Under the pieces are notes generated by a model. It saw only the letters and a list, made by a program, of their open reading frames with translations. It had not been told where the DNA came from and did not search any database. A DNA stretch of 64,000 bases from Mytilus trossulus. Its lineage: Eukaryota. The position numbers were made by a program, and so were the translations under genes. The stretch covers positions 21,204,001 through 21,268,000 of the forward strand of contig NC_086373.1 of assembly GCF_036588685.1 (NCBI RefSeq). The letters are read 5' to 3'. Positions 29,686 through 43,400 of this stretch are shown in pieces; the stretch's first letter is position 1, and every line of letters starts with the position of its first letter.

Positions 29686-31229
29686 TACGGAAGCGTATTA
29701 GGGACATAGAAAAAATAAAATTGGCAGTGAACTTTTTTTTCAAAGTCGGAAATTTTGACTTTTCAAATCTCGAAATTTTGACTTTAACTTGAAATTTTGA
29801 CTTTTCAATTCCCGAAATTTTGACTTAAACTTGAAATTTTGACCTTCTTGAATCTTGAACTTATAAAAAGTCGAAATTTCCACTTCAAACGCGAAATTTC
29901 GACTTTTTTAAAACTCGAAATTTCAACTTATTTTAAACTCAAAATTTCGACTTTTTTTAAACTCGAAATTCCGACTTATTTTTAAATCGAAATTTCAACT
30001 TATTTCAAACTAAAAATTTCGACTTTTTTAAAACTCGAAATTTCGACTTATTTAAACCTCGAAATTTCAACTTATTTTAAACACAAAATTTCGACTTTTT
30101 GTAAACGCAAAATTTTGATTTTTTTTTAAATCGAAATTTAACTGTTGAAATCTCGAAACTTCGACTTTTTCTAAGTTCTTTTAAAACTTTGATGTTAGTA
30201 TTGAAACACAGTTATTACAATTTTAGAAGGAGAAGACATGGACGCAATTTTTATTAAAGCGTCATCCACACATTTTGGCAATTTGTATTTAGAGTTCTTA
30301 AATAAAGATATGGATTAGCACTAAATATTGAAGAAATCATAAGTAAAGAAAATGCATGGTGACATAATCCCCCCATATTTTATGTTTTAGTTTCCGCGAC
30401 ACTGTATTAGGATCGTCAGATTTGAGGACATTTAGCATCACAGTTTCAAAGGCCTGTTTGGTATCCCAATAGCAAGTCACTGGCTTTGCCTTGTTTAAAC
30501 AATGGTAAATCAAGTAGCCAAAAATGTCATGCGTATTCAGAACGACCAATGAGTTGCTCAGACAGTTTTCTTGTTTTTGAAGTTTGTATTCTTATTATAA
30601 CACAACTATTAACCCTTGTCTTTATATATTAGACTGTTGAATAAAAGCATGTCGTAATATAGGTGTGTCGGAATAGCGGGGTTGTCTTGATACACATATC
30701 TGAAGTCCAGACTTGAAATATATATTTAAGCGTGAAACATATTTTATTTATTCTTCGGCAAAAACAAGATTTTCTATCTAAAATAACCTCTTTAAAATGG
30801 TTACTATACTATATTTTAGTTCATTAAAATATGCTTATGAAGTTTATGATGTGTATGGCTCTCCGACTGGCTTACATAAATGACTGTGAATGTGGTAATC
30901 GCAAACGTATAAATACTGAGGAAATTCGAAATATTAAGTTTAAAAAAAGTTGAAATTTTGAGTTTAAATGAAGTCAAAATTTCGAGTTTAAATGAAGTCG
31001 AAATTTTGAGTTTAAAACAAGTCGATATTTCGAGTTTACAAAAAGTCGAAGTTTTGAGTTTAAAACAAGTCGAAATTTCAAGATTTTAGAAAGTCAAAAT
31101 TTCAAGATAGGAAAAGTCAAAATTTCGAGTTAAAGTTGAAATTTTGGGATTTGAAATGTCAAAATTTCTACTTAAAAAAAAAGGTCACTGCCACTTTTAT
31201 TTTTTCTATGTCCCTAATACGCTTCCGTA
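29686..31229. mobile_element. Non-autonomous IS3EU-like DNA transposon with subterminal ~22-bp minisatellites
   Basis: TIR TACGGAAGCGTATTAGGGACATAGAAAAAA at both ends, 6-bp TSD AAATAC (29680-29685, 31230-31235), and mirrored arrays of CGAAATTTCGACTT units (29745-30170, 30940-31170). Confidence 0.8.
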
Positions 31230-31539
31230 AAATACGCTTCTATAATTATGACAAATTGAACGCAAAGATTCAATGGCCAATTTTCGCTTCATCATTTCAA
31301 AAGCAGGAGCCAACAAATGGAAGTTTTTACCGACCTTGACTGGCTATAAAGCCCTTGCCCTTGCAGGAGTCTACGAATTATGGTTCAATTGCCAAATTTC
31401 TAAACTATTGTCTCGCTTATAGTTTTTTTTAAATTACAGTTAGTCAAACACTAAAAGGGAAATTTTTCTCGTCAAAAAAAGACGAGAGGACATTCGATTG
31501 CCAACCTCTTCAATTGGAAAAGTTTGTACACATCTTGTA

Positions 31540-32125
31540 CACCTACAAAAACATATATACCAAATTGATATGGTCCAACGCCGTGCAGCACGCTTTAACA
31601 AAAGCAACTACTCAAGAGAGTCTGGAACAGTAACAACTCTTCTAGAAGAATTAAAACTAACACCACTATAGAAACTAGTTGAATAAAAGCATTTTAACGC
31701 TCTTTTATAAAACTTTCCATGAAAGAGTTGCTATACCTATTCCAACGCACATTATAAAACCAAGAAGAACTTCGACACTCCATCAACCGAACACTAAAAG
31801 ATATGTACAAATCAGGCCAAACAAAGATATCTACAAATACAGGACCATCAGAGACTGGAATGAACTACCAGATGAACTATTAGAGATTGAGAGCAGTGAG
31901 GAATTCAAGACCAAACTCACTAAGCTCCTCTAGTGGCTAAGCAACACAAACAATAGATACTAGTAGAAAATGTTTTTAACCTGCACCTGTATATAAATTA
32001 TTAGCACAATTTTGGAACTATTGGTTGTAAATATAGAAAGTTTATTGTCATGTTGGAAGACGTCAAAAGTTAAACTATACTTGAGTTATGGGTCGAAGTA
32101 TCCTTTTCGAGTAAGGACATGATAG
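31540..32125 (+). mobile_element. 5'-truncated non-LTR retrotransposon (LINE, RTEX/L2-like) ORF2 C-terminus and 3'UTR
   Basis: QIDMVQRRAARF.KSNYSRESGTVTTLLEELKL and TIRDWNELP...EEFKTKL motifs, with frameshift/stop. Confidence 0.8.
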
Positions 32126-33134
32126 CATAATACTAAAATAATTACAAGTGTTATCTATTAGAGAACCGATATAATGAAGTTCAATATCTGCGATATATTT
32201 CAAAACAGAAATAAGATTGCAATATCATTTTATGAAAGAAGGTGTATTTTTTACAAATTTGAAATTTGCTGTTAACCAAACTAAAAAAGAGGTTTGACAA
32301 CAGAGCCTTATAGGTTTTCGTCAAGGAAAACATGGTTTAGTTATTTGTGCAAATTGGGCTTTTAATTAGCATTAATTACAGGCGGATACTTCTATAGATT
32401 GGTAATTTGCAGTTTTTGTCCTTTTGTTAGCTCACCTGGCCCATATCTATGGGCATTACTTCTATGAATAGAGTGAAAGGATTTTCCTGTACTGATTTGC
32501 CTCTATAACATATCCATTTTTACAATGGAGGAAACTTTTGTGACCTAAAACACTAGTCTTGTCCGCATTGATTTATATGTTCATCCCAAGTAAGGAAGTC
32601 CATCAGTTGTGGTCTAAGTCAAACTAGTATTTCAACATTTTGTTATTTGGAAAACATAGTGTCGATGTGATGGTAATTTGATTTACTTGTTATTTATTCA
32701 TTACTCAAATATAAAATTTAAATATTCTTCCATCATATAATTTGGCTAATAGGACTAGTAGCACAATGGTTCAGCGAAACACTAATTAGGAAAGAATAAA
32801 TAGAATTGCACTTGTATGCAAACAAGACGAAATCACAGGAACGTCACATCATGTACTCGAACGGTCCACAATTTGTTGGTTTAGGATTTTAAACAAATAT
32901 TTTACGAAAAGATTTTCTCAGTTTTAATTTCAAAATCATTGAAACACAAACGTTTATTCTTAGGTGTAAAATGTCAATTTATATTTTGACATACTTCTAC
33001 AGAAGGAATGGCTAATGTCCCATCAGTTTATTCAAGGATTTGTATTTGGATTACTATTCAAATCCTTGGTTTATTTAGAAAACTGCAATTTGGATATCAT
33101 AAAAGTGCACTTAAAAGACTGAAAACTGTTTTGA

Positions 33135-33370
33135 ATTGTCATTGATATGGTTATATTTATAAATTTACTGTTTACAAATCTTTGAATTTTTTTAAATACT
33201 AAGGCTTTTCTACCTCAGGCATGGATAACCTTAGCTGTATTTGGCAAAACTTTTAGGAATTTTGGTCCTCAGTGCTCTTCAACTTCGTAATTTATTTGGC
33301 CTTTTTAACTTTTTTTGGATTCGAGCGTCACTGGTGAGTCTTTAGTAGACGAAACGCGCGTCTGACGTAT
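33135..33370 (+). mobile_element. Non-LTR retrozyme-like repeat fragment; related pieces at 54360-54522 (-) and probably 36245-36450
   Basis: Ends in a hammerhead motif. The CCTTAGC.GTATTTGGCA.AACTTTT.GGAATTTTG segment recurs inverted at 54460-54500. Confidence 0.7.
33326..33367 (+). ncRNA. Minimal type I hammerhead ribozyme motif with a mutated core (CUGGUGA)
   Basis: Stem I CGTCA/TGACG, core CTGGTGA, stem II GTC-7nt-GAC, GAAA, stem III C-GCGC-G, and GTC cleavage triplet. Confidence 0.75.
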
Positions 33371-34495
33371 AGTTTATTGAATTTGTGTACATCGATTAAA
33401 TAAAAATGTTATTCAACGTTGCATATAGCTACTAAAGACAATTTGAATACAATATAGAAAAAAAGACTAAGTACAGTTTTACTTTCAATTATGGAATGTT
33501 TGGTTTTTGTTAAAAATGTCTCCTTTGTATATTGTTTTATAAATCCTCAAAATTTGACAAAATCTACCACAATTGCTGCTACGTTCTGTATCTGGCTGTG
33601 AACATTTATCAAATGGTGATATTGTTGAAAATATGCTTCAAAGAATCTCACGTTGCACAAATGAAACTTCAGAAATTGGATGTATCTATATGTTGAAAAA
33701 GGAAAGTTTAAGTGAAGCGTATATCATTGCAGTAATTCTAAAAAAAATAGCGGTTCCATCATATTCTGTTGTATTTTGCCTTGTAAATATACAAAAGAAA
33801 TTGTGGTATGATTACCAATGAGACAACTATCCGCAAAAGACCAAAATGACACAGACATTAACAACTATAGGTCACCGTACGGCCTTCAACAATGAACAAA
33901 ACCCATACCGCATAGTCGGCTTTAAAAGGCCCCGTTAAAGACAATGTAAAACAATTCAAACGAGAAAACTAACGGCCTTATTTATGTAAAAAAAAACGAA
34001 AAACAAATATGAAAAAAGAAAATTTGAACATTTGTAAATGTTATCAATGTAGGAAACCAATATTAGCCGTACTTCAAAATATATTTTGATTTTCTGGTCT
34101 GTTGACATTGAAAAAAAAACTGTTTCGCACTATTGCACCTTTTACCATTAATTTTTATAAATGGATATGTGAATATTTTTCTATTACCCCTTAATTCCTT
34201 TCCCTCGATTAAGGGGTTTAAAAATCCACGATCAGATACTGTCTCTTCCTGTAGTGTTTTCAGTAATCTCTATAAGAAAAACATTCTCGAGTCGGAAGTC
34301 CCCGATTCAAGCAGCACCGTCTTCGGCATAACATGCCATAGTTACTATACTGTGTATTTAAAACTTGTGACAAGATATGTAAACATTTACTATATGAAAG
34401 TTTGTCCAATCAACAGTAGCTCTTAGTTGAAGTTTAGTATAAATAAAATAATTATACTATTTTCTACAAAGTGTGCGGTCCTACAGAAGACAACT

Positions 34496-37400
34496 ATGAA
34501 AGTTTTACTTAGTTTGTGTCTGTTAGTGGTTCTTATACAATATGTTCACGGGTAAGTCACAACATATATTTCTAGTGTATTGGAGGCCACATAATTTAAC
34601 AGTGGCAGAATCTGCGGCAAGTGACAAGTGTTTGTGTGTTTTGGCGGGTTTAAAATTGCTATTTTGAATATACAAATCTTTGTTTTGTAACGCAGGCATA
34701 TACCAAACATGACAACTGTTTTATCTATGACAATATGGAGTGAAGAACCTGGAAATAATCGTAATAGATTCTTGATTATAGTCAATCTTGGTAGCGAAGT
34801 AGTTATTTTTCAAAGAAAGTTCTGACGAATTTCTTTCACAATTCTTGTTGTTATTTATAGTCAAAGCATATCTTATGCAAGTTTTTAAATTGCTGAATGA
34901 TTCTATATTTCGTATTTAAATTGACTACAACAACGCAATTACCATAAATACTATTTAATATGGACAATATACAATGACGGATCTAGAATTTTTCGTAAGT
35001 GGGGGACTCTAATTTCCTTACAGAGGGCCCGCTCCGGTCATACTTCAGTGATTCCCTATATAATCAAGATTTTTTTTCCCAAGAAAAGGGGGCTCTGGTC
35101 CCTCTAAATCCGACTCTGATAATTTCAATTTCTGTTGTAGTTTGAATTGTGTAGTTACCAATAAGAGTCCTACATTTTGGCAATTTTGGGGACAGGTTGG
35201 CATTATAACGTGTCTGTTTTTAAATTTATAACACTACGTGATTGTACAATGGAAAAGTTTAGTTTACTAGTAACTTTTAAGTCATTATCAAAACTTAGTA
35301 ACTTTTTATCACGACTAAGTTAATAACAATTAAGTTAGCTAAGTCGAAAATAAAACTTCACCTTGATATTAACCGGATTCCGTATGATTGTCTGAAATCC
35401 TTTAATATCTAGGTAATTGAACTATTACAATGGAATAATATTGTAGTTTAACGATGACAATGTAGTAATACGGTAATACAACGATAGCAATGTTGTAATG
35501 TAACTTTCACAAGGAAGCTATTAAACCAAGAGTTCCAAATGGTGAAGTTGAAATCATCCCTTCGTAAATTTTACGGACGCCATCACGAGTTGGTTGACCG
35601 TTATGGAATAACCGTTTCACAAATAATATCGGATATGTTCCTTTCGTCGTAACTACAATCCCCTTCCCTTTCATGAATTTGACCTACCGAATTAGACAAT
35701 TTACCGGATTTGTAATCACATAAGCAACACGTCGGGTGCCGCATGTGGAGCAGGATCTGCTTACTCTTCCGGAGCACCTGAGATCACCCCTAGTTTTTGG
35801 TGGGGTTCGTGTTGTTTATTCTTTAGTTTTCTATGTTGTGTCATGTGTACTATTGTTTTTCTGTTTGTCTTTTTCATTTTTAGCCATGGCGTTGTCAGTT
35901 TGTTTTAGATTTACGAGTTTGACTGTCCCTTTGGTATCTTTCGTCCCTCTTTCACAATGTTGTAATGCAGTAATATAACTATTACAATGTAGTAATGTAG
36001 TAATATAACTATTACATTGAAGTAATGTAGTAATATAACAATTACAATGTAGTAATGCAGTAATTATAATTGTCAAAATGTAGTAATACAGAACATTTTG
36101 CCTATATGCCATACATAATTGTATTATTGATGATTTTCCAGAGGATGTCAGACGTGTTACACGACAGAAGAATACTTGTCAAAATATTACTCAAGCTGTG
36201 GTATGTTTGGGTGGAGTAGATGTACCAAAACAAGGTTAGTCCCTGATTAAGATCATAACACAATGTTGACCGCTGTATTTTTACATTTTTATCTATTATG
36301 TCTGGTTTTTTTGTTGTTTATGCATCGTTGTCAAAATAATTTGTTATCCATTCGTTTGATGTGTTTGAGCTTGTGATTTTGTCATTTGATTAGGGACTTT
36401 CCGTTTTGAATTTCCCTGGGAGTTCAGTATTTTTGTGATTTCACTTTTTCCATGATGTTTGGATGGAGAAGATGTGCTCGTACTAGGTAAATTCCTTCGT
36501 GTTTGAATTGAGAAGATGAAAATACAAGGTAAAATCCTTGCCTTCTATCATGCAAAATTAACAAATAGAATCATTTTCATAAAAGCGTGGGCAACCGCAA
36601 TACTTATGTAAGTAGTAAACTCAGTCTGTCCAAGGAGGTTATATGAGACCTTCAATCGGGGATTTGAATAGAATAAAAGAGTAAAGTACATGCAGGTGCC
36701 CGAGAAGAAACAACACGTACGATATGACAACTGTGCGTTACAGACGAACGTTCACCTAATCTGACCCAGTCAATTGATAACCTGAGCGCGCCAAAAAATG
36801 GTCATGTCCCGTCTGTTATGAAAAGGATTCTATTAAAAAGGCAATTAGGAATCAATAAAAACACATTTTTTTTTAATTTTTTATTTTCAGAACTTCAACC
36901 AGACAAAAATCATATTCATGCAAGTGTTCAGGTAAGTACTATGAAGTGTTGAAAATGTTTCCTAAATAAAGTTCAATCCATATATGTGACCAGCCACGAC
37001 ATATCCAGGCTTATGGAGGTAAAACGTCATTGTGAGAATATCGCCGTTAACTATATGTGACTAGCCATTTCCTGGCTTAGTTGGGTACATTGTCTAAAAT
37101 TTGATTTTTTTTATATTTATCTAAAATATTCCGAAACAAAACTCTCTGTCATGTTATTATGACATATTTGTTGTAATAGCAATGAAACGAGTCATTTCGA
37201 ATACCGGTATGAAAATGAGACTGTTCTATGACGACTTTTATTTATTGAAGCCACTAATTTATAAAACACAAAATTATTGTATTTATCGGCTTTTAGTGAT
37301 GTTGAATAGCGTATTTGAATAAAATTTCAAAGACTTAAATTTACTGCAATGCAAACAATTCTTAGCTCTATTTTAGAACATGTAATTTAAACTTGTTGAA

Positions 37401-40400
37401 ATGAAGTTAGTTTGAAATTTGTCAAAGTAAGCTTTAAGAATTCCTTTTTTTTTAATTTAGATTTATTATGCATGTCTCTATACATAGTGAGCGACGCGTA
37501 ACAGTTTATAAGTAGGTGTTATCATATATTAATTTGATACGGTGCATTTATTATGCTTCATTTATGAAAGAAACACTTTAGAGCAGAGCAGTATTTGTTT
37601 GTTTGTAGCTCTATTTTAGAACATTTAATTTAAACTTGTTGAAATGAAGTTAGTTTAAAATTTATCAAAGTAAGCTTTAAGAATTCCTTTTTTTAATTTA
37701 GATTTATTATGCATGTCTCTATACATAGTAAGCGACGCGTAACAGTTTATAAGTATGTGTTCTCTTATATGCATTTGATACGGTGCATTTATTATGGATA
37801 TATTTCAGACTTCATTTATGAAAGGAAATCTATAAAGCAGAAATTAGATTTTTTTTGTATCAATTTAAAATGTAGATTCAAATATTTTTCACTTCACACG
37901 ATAAAGTAAAACTTCTTCAAAACTTATATATGATGTATAGTTCGGCGTCCGCAAAAAAGAAGCCAACGAAAGTGTTTATCTTTTCTTCACACATACGTAT
38001 TTCATTGAATCTCGATATTTATCATGTTTATAATTTTTCTAACAATGACGTTCTACCTCCATAAGCCTGCAAATGTCATGGCGGGTCACATATATATAAC
38101 ATACATTGTACTATAGTATAATCACTATATACATATATAGAAGAAAAAAACCAGATGAAGAAATTGAAAATGAACGACTGAAACGACTCCAAAAAAACAC
38201 ATTCGAAGCTAACAAGCTGTTATTCACGGTTGACATTTGTTTTTGAATAGACCAATGAAATATTGAAGACTTGATTACTTTGATATGCCACTAGTCTAAA
38301 TGCCATGCAATCTCTCACCTGGTATGGTCTTTTCGGACCCCCATAAAAACCGTATTAGATGACTAGCACACTGTGTAACTTAATATTATTAATATTGTAT
38401 ACGCGTATATCATTATTGAATTGTGCATATACCGAGTAGTGCATATATAACCGGAAGAAAAGTGACAATGGGATCTTTTACTATAATTTGCAAAGTGCTT
38501 TTCAGGAACTCTCGTTTTGAATTGAATATGTATATGAACTCTCGTCTTGAATAGTTATATGAACTCTCGTTTTGAATATTTATATAAGTTTTCGTTTTAA
38601 ATGTTTCTTTATTCTGAAATATAATGTTTCTTATTTCAAATATCCAAAGAGATTATAGATTTACTATTTTACAACTTAATCCGATGGCTGTCAAAAGTGC
38701 TAAACTTACACTCAACTTTAAAAGAAGCAATTATCGCTATTTTATAAAGTTAAGCCGGAGGACAATGATCAGCTTATTATTACATAAGATTGGACAATTA
38801 TATTTATATTTTATGAGAACCTTTTATAATGTTTTAATACCCTTATCTTTGACTTAATTTATGTTTTGTAAACTGTTGCTGGGGCAGTCTTCCCCTAGCT
38901 TTCGAACTGTAAACTTGTGTGAATAAATTTGTATATATTTTTATACGGTCTTGCGTTTAAAGCAGCCATAGTGTCGATTATAGACCTACAGACTTTAATG
39001 TAACCCGTGCCGAACTTCACGGACTCATGCCGCAAGTTCACGGGGCTATAATTGGGAAGGACTCATCGATTACCGTAACCTTAAGCAGCCAAGCGAGTGT
39101 TTTACTACTGAACTAGTTCCAGTATACGAAATTTAAAAATGGAATGGAATTACTGAAAATGGAACATTTTAAAGCATTCAAAACCGAAAATGCAGACTGT
39201 GTTTTCTAGTTGTAACAACGGCAATGATGGAGCGGTTTACATATCGTGGACTTAGACCAGAGTATGTTGCTCCATGTGCTTTGCTAGCAGACATTACCAT
39301 TCAGATAAGATCGGAGCCAAAACCAGTCAAAATCAACAGTGCTATCAAGAAAACCCTAAACCACAAACACAACCCAGAAGTGATGGTAAGTGTGGTAAAT
39401 GCTGTCATATTTACGAACATTTTGAGAATGCACATTTTTACATTACCCCTATTATTTTAATATCTTTAATCTAGAACCGCCCCTAAATATATAACATTTG
39501 AATAGAAAATCCATGTTTTATCATAGTAGTGCTGAGTTCCACAAGTCATGCATATACATAAACCAAAGACAGGTTATGAAGTCTAGAAAAAGTTTCCCAA
39601 TCCAAATATTTTTAATCTGTTTGCAATTACAAACTGTTCAAGGGCCGATTGTTCAATAAATGTAAAAATAGGTTCTGTTTTCGATTTTCATTTTTACATT
39701 TAGAATTTATTAAGAACCAATTTCATTATTCTAAGATGAATCACCACTTTTTTTTTGGAGATATTTGCCACTGGTAGTAAGAACACCTCCATAAATCAAG
39801 CTAAAGTCTGTGTATCTTTGTTGTATCATAGAACCTAGTGTTTTACACAAGTGAAGGTTGTAACTTTGAACAAGGATCACTGACTTTAGTATACTGAAAT
39901 AACCACAATTATTGTTTTAGTTGTCGTTATTGTATCATTTAATACAACATGCTATAAGTAGGTAAATTTACACGTTTGAGCTTGTTCATCAATGGAATAT
40001 CGGTGGTGTAACAAAATCATTTTATAATACAATTTTGGTGCGAAACAAGAATGCAAGATGGACTCGTCATTTGTCTTGTGGTCTTGTTTCCGTTGGGTGT
40101 ACAGGAGTGACGACCTGTATACTACATGTCAGAAAATGCATTACTAAATATTTTGTTTGATCCAAACCTGCTTACAAGGTACAAATATAGCCACTGATAA
40201 TCTAATAATCCGTTTGAATTCTTGATAGTGTTTTCGAAAACCTTCCAGTATAGTGTAGTTTTGTTGGAATCATAAACGGGCCAATGCTAATTATTGCCAA
40301 CTCCTTTTTATTTTCCTCCAATTCTTTGAATATTTAGTCCTACTTTTATGATTATAGTAAAAGCAGCCGCAATTTGTTTTATAGATCTATACATATAATG

Positions 40401-43400
40401 GAGTCATGCTCTTTTGAGTTGTTAAGTTGAAATAGACATTTTAGTATATGTATGTCAGGAGTCCCCCTATACTCAGAGTGTTTTAGTATATTTAGATCAG
40501 GAGTCCCGCTCCTCAAAGCGTTAGTTTACTTATGTCAGTACTTCCCCTCCTCAGAGTATAGTATACTTATGTCAGAAGTCCCCCTCCTCAGAGTAGAATA
40601 TACTTATGTCAGAAGTCCCCCTATTCAGAGTACAGTAAACTTATGTCAGTAGTCCCCCTCCTCAGAGTTAGTATACTTATATCAGGAGTCCCGCTCCTCA
40701 GAGCGTTATTATATTTATGTCAGGAGTCCCCATGATACTCAGAGTGTTTTAGTATATTTATATCAGAAGTCCCGCACATCAGAGCGTTATGTCAGTAGTT
40801 CCCCCTCCCCAGAATATTAGTATATTTATGTCAGTAGTCACTCTCCTCAGAGTATTTAAGTAATGTGATGTCCCCCTCCTCATAACCCCCTTTGTATATT
40901 ATGAAAAGGTCCAATATATGTGCATTTTCTATGTTCGTGATGTTTTCAGTATGTACACACTTTCAGCAACCAGAAAGAGGAATTACCCATAGACGAATCA
41001 CCCATAGACGAATTACCCAAAGACGAATTACCCATAGATGAATTACCCATAGACGAATTACCCATAGACGAATCACCCATAGACGAATTACCCAAAGACG
41101 AATTACCCAAAAGACGATTTATCCCAAGACGAATTACCCATAGATGAAATAACATTACAAACCCAAATACGAAATGTAGCAATTTGTGCTCGGGACGAGC
41201 ACTTCGGGGAAGTAGTGGAGAATATAACCGGAAGAAAAGTGACAATGGGATCTTTTACTATAATTTGCAAAGTGCTTTTCAGGAACTCTCGTTTTGAATT
41301 GAATATGTATATGAACTCTCGTCTTGAATAGTTATATGAACTCTCGTTTTGAATATTTATATAAGTTTTCGTTTTAAATGTTTCTTTATTCTGAAATATA
41401 ATGTTTCTTATTTCAAATATCCAAAGAGATTATAGATTTACTATTTTACAACTTAATCCGATGGCTGTCAAAAGTGCTAAACTTACACTCAACTTCAAAA
41501 GAAGCAATTATCGCTATTTTATAAAGTTAAGCCGGAGGACAATGATCAGCTTATTATTACATAAGATTGGACAATTATATTTATATTTTATGAGAACCTT
41601 TTATAATGTTTTAATACCCTTATCTTTGACTTAATTTATGTTTTGTAAACTGTTGCTGGGGCAGTCTTCCCCTAGCTTTCGAACTGTAAACTTGTGTGAA
41701 TAAATTTGTATATATTTTTATACGGTCTTGCGTTTAAAGCAGCCATAGTGTCGATTATAGACCTACAGACTTTAATGTAACCCGTGCCGAACTTCACGGA
41801 CTCATGCCGCAAGTTCACGGGGTTATACATACCATTATTGAGTAATCTGTTATTGAGAAGTGTATGGAATATCCTTATTGAGTAAGTTTGGTTGCCGTTT
41901 GTATTTGTTTTTCGTTTATTTTTTTTACATAAATAAGGCCGTTAGTTTTCTCGTTTGAATTGTTTTACATTGTCTTATCTTATAGCTGACTATACGGTAT
42001 GGGCTTTGCTCATTGTTGAAGGCCGTACGGTGACCGATAGTTGTTAATGTCTGTGTCATTTTAGTCTTTTGTGGATAGTTGTCTCATTGGCAATCATACC
42101 ACATCTTCTTTTTTTTTTATATAATGCATATATCATTACTTAACGACAGTTATGTATGTCTTTAATGAATAATGTGTAGACCGTTATTCAGTAGAATATT
42201 TAACTGACCAATTCAATTGCAGTAAATGGAGGATGGAGTGGCTGGTCAACGAAAATCACATGGCGTAATGATTGTTCAACAACATGTGGATCAGGAATAG
42301 AAACAGGATACAAAACCAGAACTTGTACAAATCCAGCTCCTCAATACGGCGGCAGCAGTTGCTCTGGTTCTAGTACACAAACACAGCATCGATCATGTAA
42401 AATCATAGAATGTCCAAGTAAGCTATAAAGTTTACATTTGTACAAATTCTGGAGGGAATAAAGTCCCTTTTATTTTTGCATTTGTGATGGTTCGATTTGT
42501 GTTTCTTTATCATTTACTCGTTGTTTCTAATTTATTTGATTATTTTATTCTGATTCTCATATATATATTACTCATTTCAAACGTGTTGTTTTCCCCTTCA
42601 AATTGCGTATTAACTGAACCTGACTTCAGGAGCTCACGTTGTATGTTTAATCCAGTGTACTAGTTTTAGAAGTTTATTCTAAAACTGGGTGGTACATACA
42701 GTTCTTAAATCTTGTCAACATAACATACACTCTGTTTTTATACTTAAACCTGGTTTATGAAGTACATTATTTGTTTCATTCAAAAACATTGCCGATGAGC
42801 ATGCTTGTTTTTCACTCAATCCACCACATTTACTTCAAAAACATTGTATATGAACTGTTTTATCATTACTTTTATTTTTTAAAAACATCACATACGATAG
42901 CAATTAAGAAAATATATATTTTAGTTAATGGTGGATGGACATCTTTCTCTAAATATATATGGAACAACGATTGTTCAGCAGCATGTGGTGTAGGTGTAGA
43001 ATCGGGATATAGAACGAGATCATGTTCCAATCCTACCCCAGCATATGGAGGAAAAACCTGTTCTGGTGCAGCAACAGAAAAAGCAACTCGTAGTTGTAAG
43101 ATAAAGGAATGCCCAAGTAAGTCTTCCTTCGTTTTTCTTGCCATTTTTTCCTCTGTTAAGAATTTCCTCCACTTTTGTTTACGTAGTATTTTGTAATTTA
43201 AAATATAAGGTCATTTATAAAAAGCTTTTCTTAGAAAAATTGTAAAATGTGTTTCGATCCATAATTCAATTGGTTTTATTATTTTATCGTTATTTGCTTT
43301 GATCTCTCTATCACTATAACTTTTAACAAATTATAAACTGATTCAAACCAGAAAGTCTTTCAAGAAATGTTTTCAGCAGTTTTTAATTTCTGTTAAGGTG

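Larger units (their letters stand above)
38446..41827 (+). mobile_element. Non-autonomous LTR retrotransposon (605-bp LTRs 38446-39050 and 41223-41827) in intron 3 of the TSP1-CBM14 gene
   Basis: LTRs differ at 2 positions that I could find. Ends TATAACC...GGTTATA; CATA TSD (38442-38445, 41828-41831); TGG-starting PBS-like site at 39053; purine tract 41206-41222; AATAAA in the LTR; no gag/pol. Confidence 0.85.

Noticed and set aside
35736-36112. ORFs of 80 and 93 aa
   Set aside because: Derived from the Penelope-like repeat and a minisatellite.
38624-38857. Identical 77-aa ORFs at 38624 and 41401
   Set aside because: They lie in the two LTRs; identity reflects the repeat, with no domain evidence.
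40440-40885. CRISPR-like periodicity
   Set aside because: Units are adjacent with no unique spacers, there are no cas genes, and the context is eukaryotic.
40946-41245. ORF with NSSMG repeats
   Set aside because: Translation of a 15-bp minisatellite.
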